Shown here: in pieces, positions 61,143-64,000 of the stretch
Numbering within the stretch: the first letter of the stretch is position 1
Layout: every line of letters starts with the position of its first letter
DNA from: Amphiscolops sp. MND2022
Taxonomy: Eukaryota
Length of the DNA stretch: 64,000 nucleotides
Reading direction: 5' to 3'
Assembly: GCA_964187785.1 (NCBI GenBank)
Contig: OZ076410.1
Coordinates: 51,708,001 to 51,772,000 of the forward strand
The notes under the pieces: model-generated
Told to the model about the DNA's origin: nothing
Databases searched by the model: none
Seen by the model: only the letters and a program-made list of their open reading frames with translations
Made by a program: the position numbers and the translations under genes

Positions 61143-64000
61143 CTGTGATGTTGTATAACCGTATTAGAACGGGAAATTGACGTCTTTAAAGCAAGTTGAG
61201 AGTGTTTTGGAAGTGACAATTTCTTCAGGTTTCAACACGGCTTTGTATGGTTTGCGGGGACTCTGCTAAAGTTCCCAGTGATATTCATACAAAAGACACG
61301 CCGACGGTTCGAACGCCTTAGCTATTAAAATCAGCCTTCACATGTTGGTGCCGCGAACCGGAAAGATTGCAGTATTACTCACTACCTTTGGCTTCTTCTG
61401 TTCCTTAATCCTCAGGAAAAATAGAGTGAAATTCCTATTTTACGGGACATGGCATTCAAGTCACAGAGAACCTGAGTCACTGTCTGTCGAGTTGGACAAC
61501 TAATACACAGCAGATATTTCGGCAGAAATTTTTGCATAGAAATGGCAACGTTTGACTCAATCGACCACAACGTAATAACGGTGAAGAAAGTTGGAACAAC
61601 TCAAGTGTTGTTGTTTTCTGACGCCTTGAAGAGTTCGTTCAACTCCGCAAAATGAAAAAACCACAAAGTGTGGTTTGGTAAAACAATTGAAGTATTGGCC
61701 GTGACAACCGCGAAGTTTGAGGAACTGATAGCTGAAGGAAAAGATTACCAGCCCAGCATTCACGATTTGGGTAGTCTTTATCTAGACTATAGTAAGTCAA
61801 TTGAAGAAATGAAACACGAATTTGAAAGTTGCATTCACTTGTTCAAAAACAGGTATCAGTCAGAGGCAGTGCAACACCAGACGGGTAGTGTGAAAAAATT
61901 TTACCAAGAATTTGTAGCTTTATTCAAAACCCTACCCGGTAATTCTGTAATTTAACAGCAAAAAAAAACAATCGAACACAGTTTTTGTGTCATTTTAAGT
62001 TTTCAGATCAAATCTTCGGAGCTCGTGATAAAGTCCTTGAAGAAAAGGGATGACAGACTCATTGATGGCACAAGGCGCCAAATCTAACAGAATCAAATCG
62101 TCTCTACCTAAAGTTCGAGACATTAAAGATGAAATGTACTAGGCGCTGAATGAGCAACGAAGCCTAATTAAACCGGACTTTGGCAATCGAAACTTCATGT
62201 CATCGAGGGAAGCTGTCCCAGCTGAAGTTGAATCGAAATTTCAGAAAGCAACAATTGAATGGATTTGCTGTGTACATCCAGATAGCAAGAATAAAACTTA
62301 CAGTCGGCAAAACCTGCAGCTGACGATGAAACGGTAGTCGAAGAAAGTTCGGCAACTCCGGGTCTTGCAGCGAATGCTGAAAAAGATCATGACAGACGCA
62401 ATAAAGGTGCTCTAGTGAAAATGGACCAGAGCTTCAATTATTGCGTAGTCCTAATAAAACAACCTCGTGGGACGAACCTATTAAATTTGAGGGAGACTCT
62501 ACGATTAACGACGCTCCAGCAGAGTCAAGAGCTGAAGCAATCCATCAGTTAAATTTTATCCACGATGGAGAGTGCAGAGAGCAAGCCTTCCAAGTATCAA
62601 CAGTGCAATGCCGATTCTCGATCTCTACGACTCAAGAGTCGCTAATGGCAATTCAGAAACAAAAAAAAAAACAAAAAATAAAACTTGACCCAGAACGCAA
62701 ACAGTGGGGGATTGAAATCAAGGCAATGCAAGCTAAAACCGAGTCAGCTAATTCACGGGATCAAACTCTGCTGAAAAAACAGGAAATTAAAAATCGAATC
62801 GAAGAAGTAGAAGGCTCTTGTCATGGAACAACTTTTTGTCCCCGTCTGATGTCTTTATCAATTGATGAGGATAAATATTGCGGTACCAAATTTTTTTTGA
62901 AAAAAATCATTGACGTCATGGAGATTCAGAAGGATAAATCGCAGAATATAGAGAATGCCGGAAAATGAAAAACTGCGGTCAGCAATGCACTAGTTCACAA
63001 TGTAGAAAACAACGTTTGGAAGTATTTGAGAGGAAGGACCCTTTTTCGGAACGAAAGGGTGGACAGTGAAATGACCGAGGTGATAGAAGCCAAGGTCGTT
63101 CAAAATCATTGACGATATCACAGGAACATCTCAATGCGAACGACGAAGTACCTGAAAGAGCGTCACGTCTCGACACTTTACTTTTACAGCAAGCTGTCCA
63201 TCCTCAATGGACAGTTCAAACATCAAACGTATTGAAATTGAAGATGACTGAATTTGCTGGTGGACGCGTCTGTAGTGGCCCAAATGCTCTAGTCTGTTTA
63301 ATGTAGACATATTCACAAGGCACAAATCGAATACAATGAGAAGATGCAAAGGGCCAATTTAACACGTTGGTGAAAGGCAACTAAAGCCGCGATTGGAGGT
63401 CTAGGCTACTCAGGGTCATTATGTCACATTGCCTGGAATACGTTAGCGTGCTATTTCATTTGTTGACCCCAGAGAGTAGTTAATGCTCAAATGAAATTGA
63501 TCCACACGCATCTTTTCATCAAATCGAATGACTCAGCTGCAACTATAAACTACGGTCAGGTTAATTTAACGTCTGTCAGTGAGATTCATCAGTATGGGTT
63601 CTCTGGAGACCTTACAAATGTGATTGAATTATGGCCATGTGCAGCTCTCAAGACGCCTAACCCGTCTGACAGTTACAAAAAAGGTAAAAATAGCCAAATT
63701 GGGTTTTTTCTGCCTGCGTAGCGGACATCCCCTGAAAGATTGCAAAAATAACAATTGTGGAAAACGGACACAACCAGTTGCTTCACAAGTCAGATTCTTC
63801 CTCAAAGCCAACTACCAAAGCAACTGCTCGCTTTATTCGACAGTGGATTTAGTCTTTCATGGATTGGATCAAAAATACCTTGGCCGATTAGCTGAATTTG
63901 CATGGTGTAAATCCAAATCATATAATCAGTGGTTTTTTGGCATCGAAAACCATGACACTAAGCTGGTACACGTTACTATCAAAACTGAAGATTGTAGAAG
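61143..64000 (+). mobile_element. Degenerate BEL/Pao LTR retrotransposon, 5' part
   Basis: Gag DUF1759-type motifs LKLKMTEFAG and KAAIGGLGYSG...AWNTL...PQRVVNAQMKLIH (63230-63530), knuckle FFCLRSGHPLKDC (~63705-63745), protease LFDSGFSLSWI (~63833). Possible short LTR ending CCTTCACA (61342); LTR start is a guess. Confidence 0.82.
61346..61363 (+). other. Putative tRNA-His primer binding site
   Basis: TGGTGCCGCGAACCGGAA matches 14/18 to the complement of the conserved animal tRNA-His 3' end (TGGTGCCGTGACTCGGAT) and lies 3 nt after an ACA end. Confidence 0.55.

Overview
AT-rich eukaryotic DNA, most likely from an animal (rhodopsin-class GPCR, Gypsy and BEL/Pao elements, GT-AG introns). The repeats remind me of acoel flatworm genomes, but that is an unverified impression. 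The only clear host gene is an intronless class A GPCR (12856-14493, minus). Most of the window is transposon-derived. Three related but divergent long-LTR Ty3/Gypsy elements are present. E1 (1-~8256, plus) is apparently intact but cut by the window edge. E2 (~26596-56860, plus) is degenerate. E3 (35193-48696, minus) is degenerate and nested inside E2 with a 5-bp TSD. All three share an unusual layout: LTR containing the gag start, gag-pol, a large ANTISENSE gene, a divergent intergenic gap, then a small sense ORF running into the 3' LTR. In E1 the antisense gene is intact and can be assembled from five exons joined by four phase-1 GT-AG introns into 1122 aa. The protein has a disordered N-terminus, a BED-like C2H2 finger and what looks like a catalytically dead hAT-transposase body. 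This is the best candidate for an undescribed system. Also present: another decayed Gypsy, a decayed BEL/Pao, hAT-, CACTA-, TA-target and Helentron-like non-autonomous elements, a 1414-bp tandem duplication, a 118-bp loop-less palindrome and microsatellites. All coordinates and alignments were made by eye, and no database searches were run.
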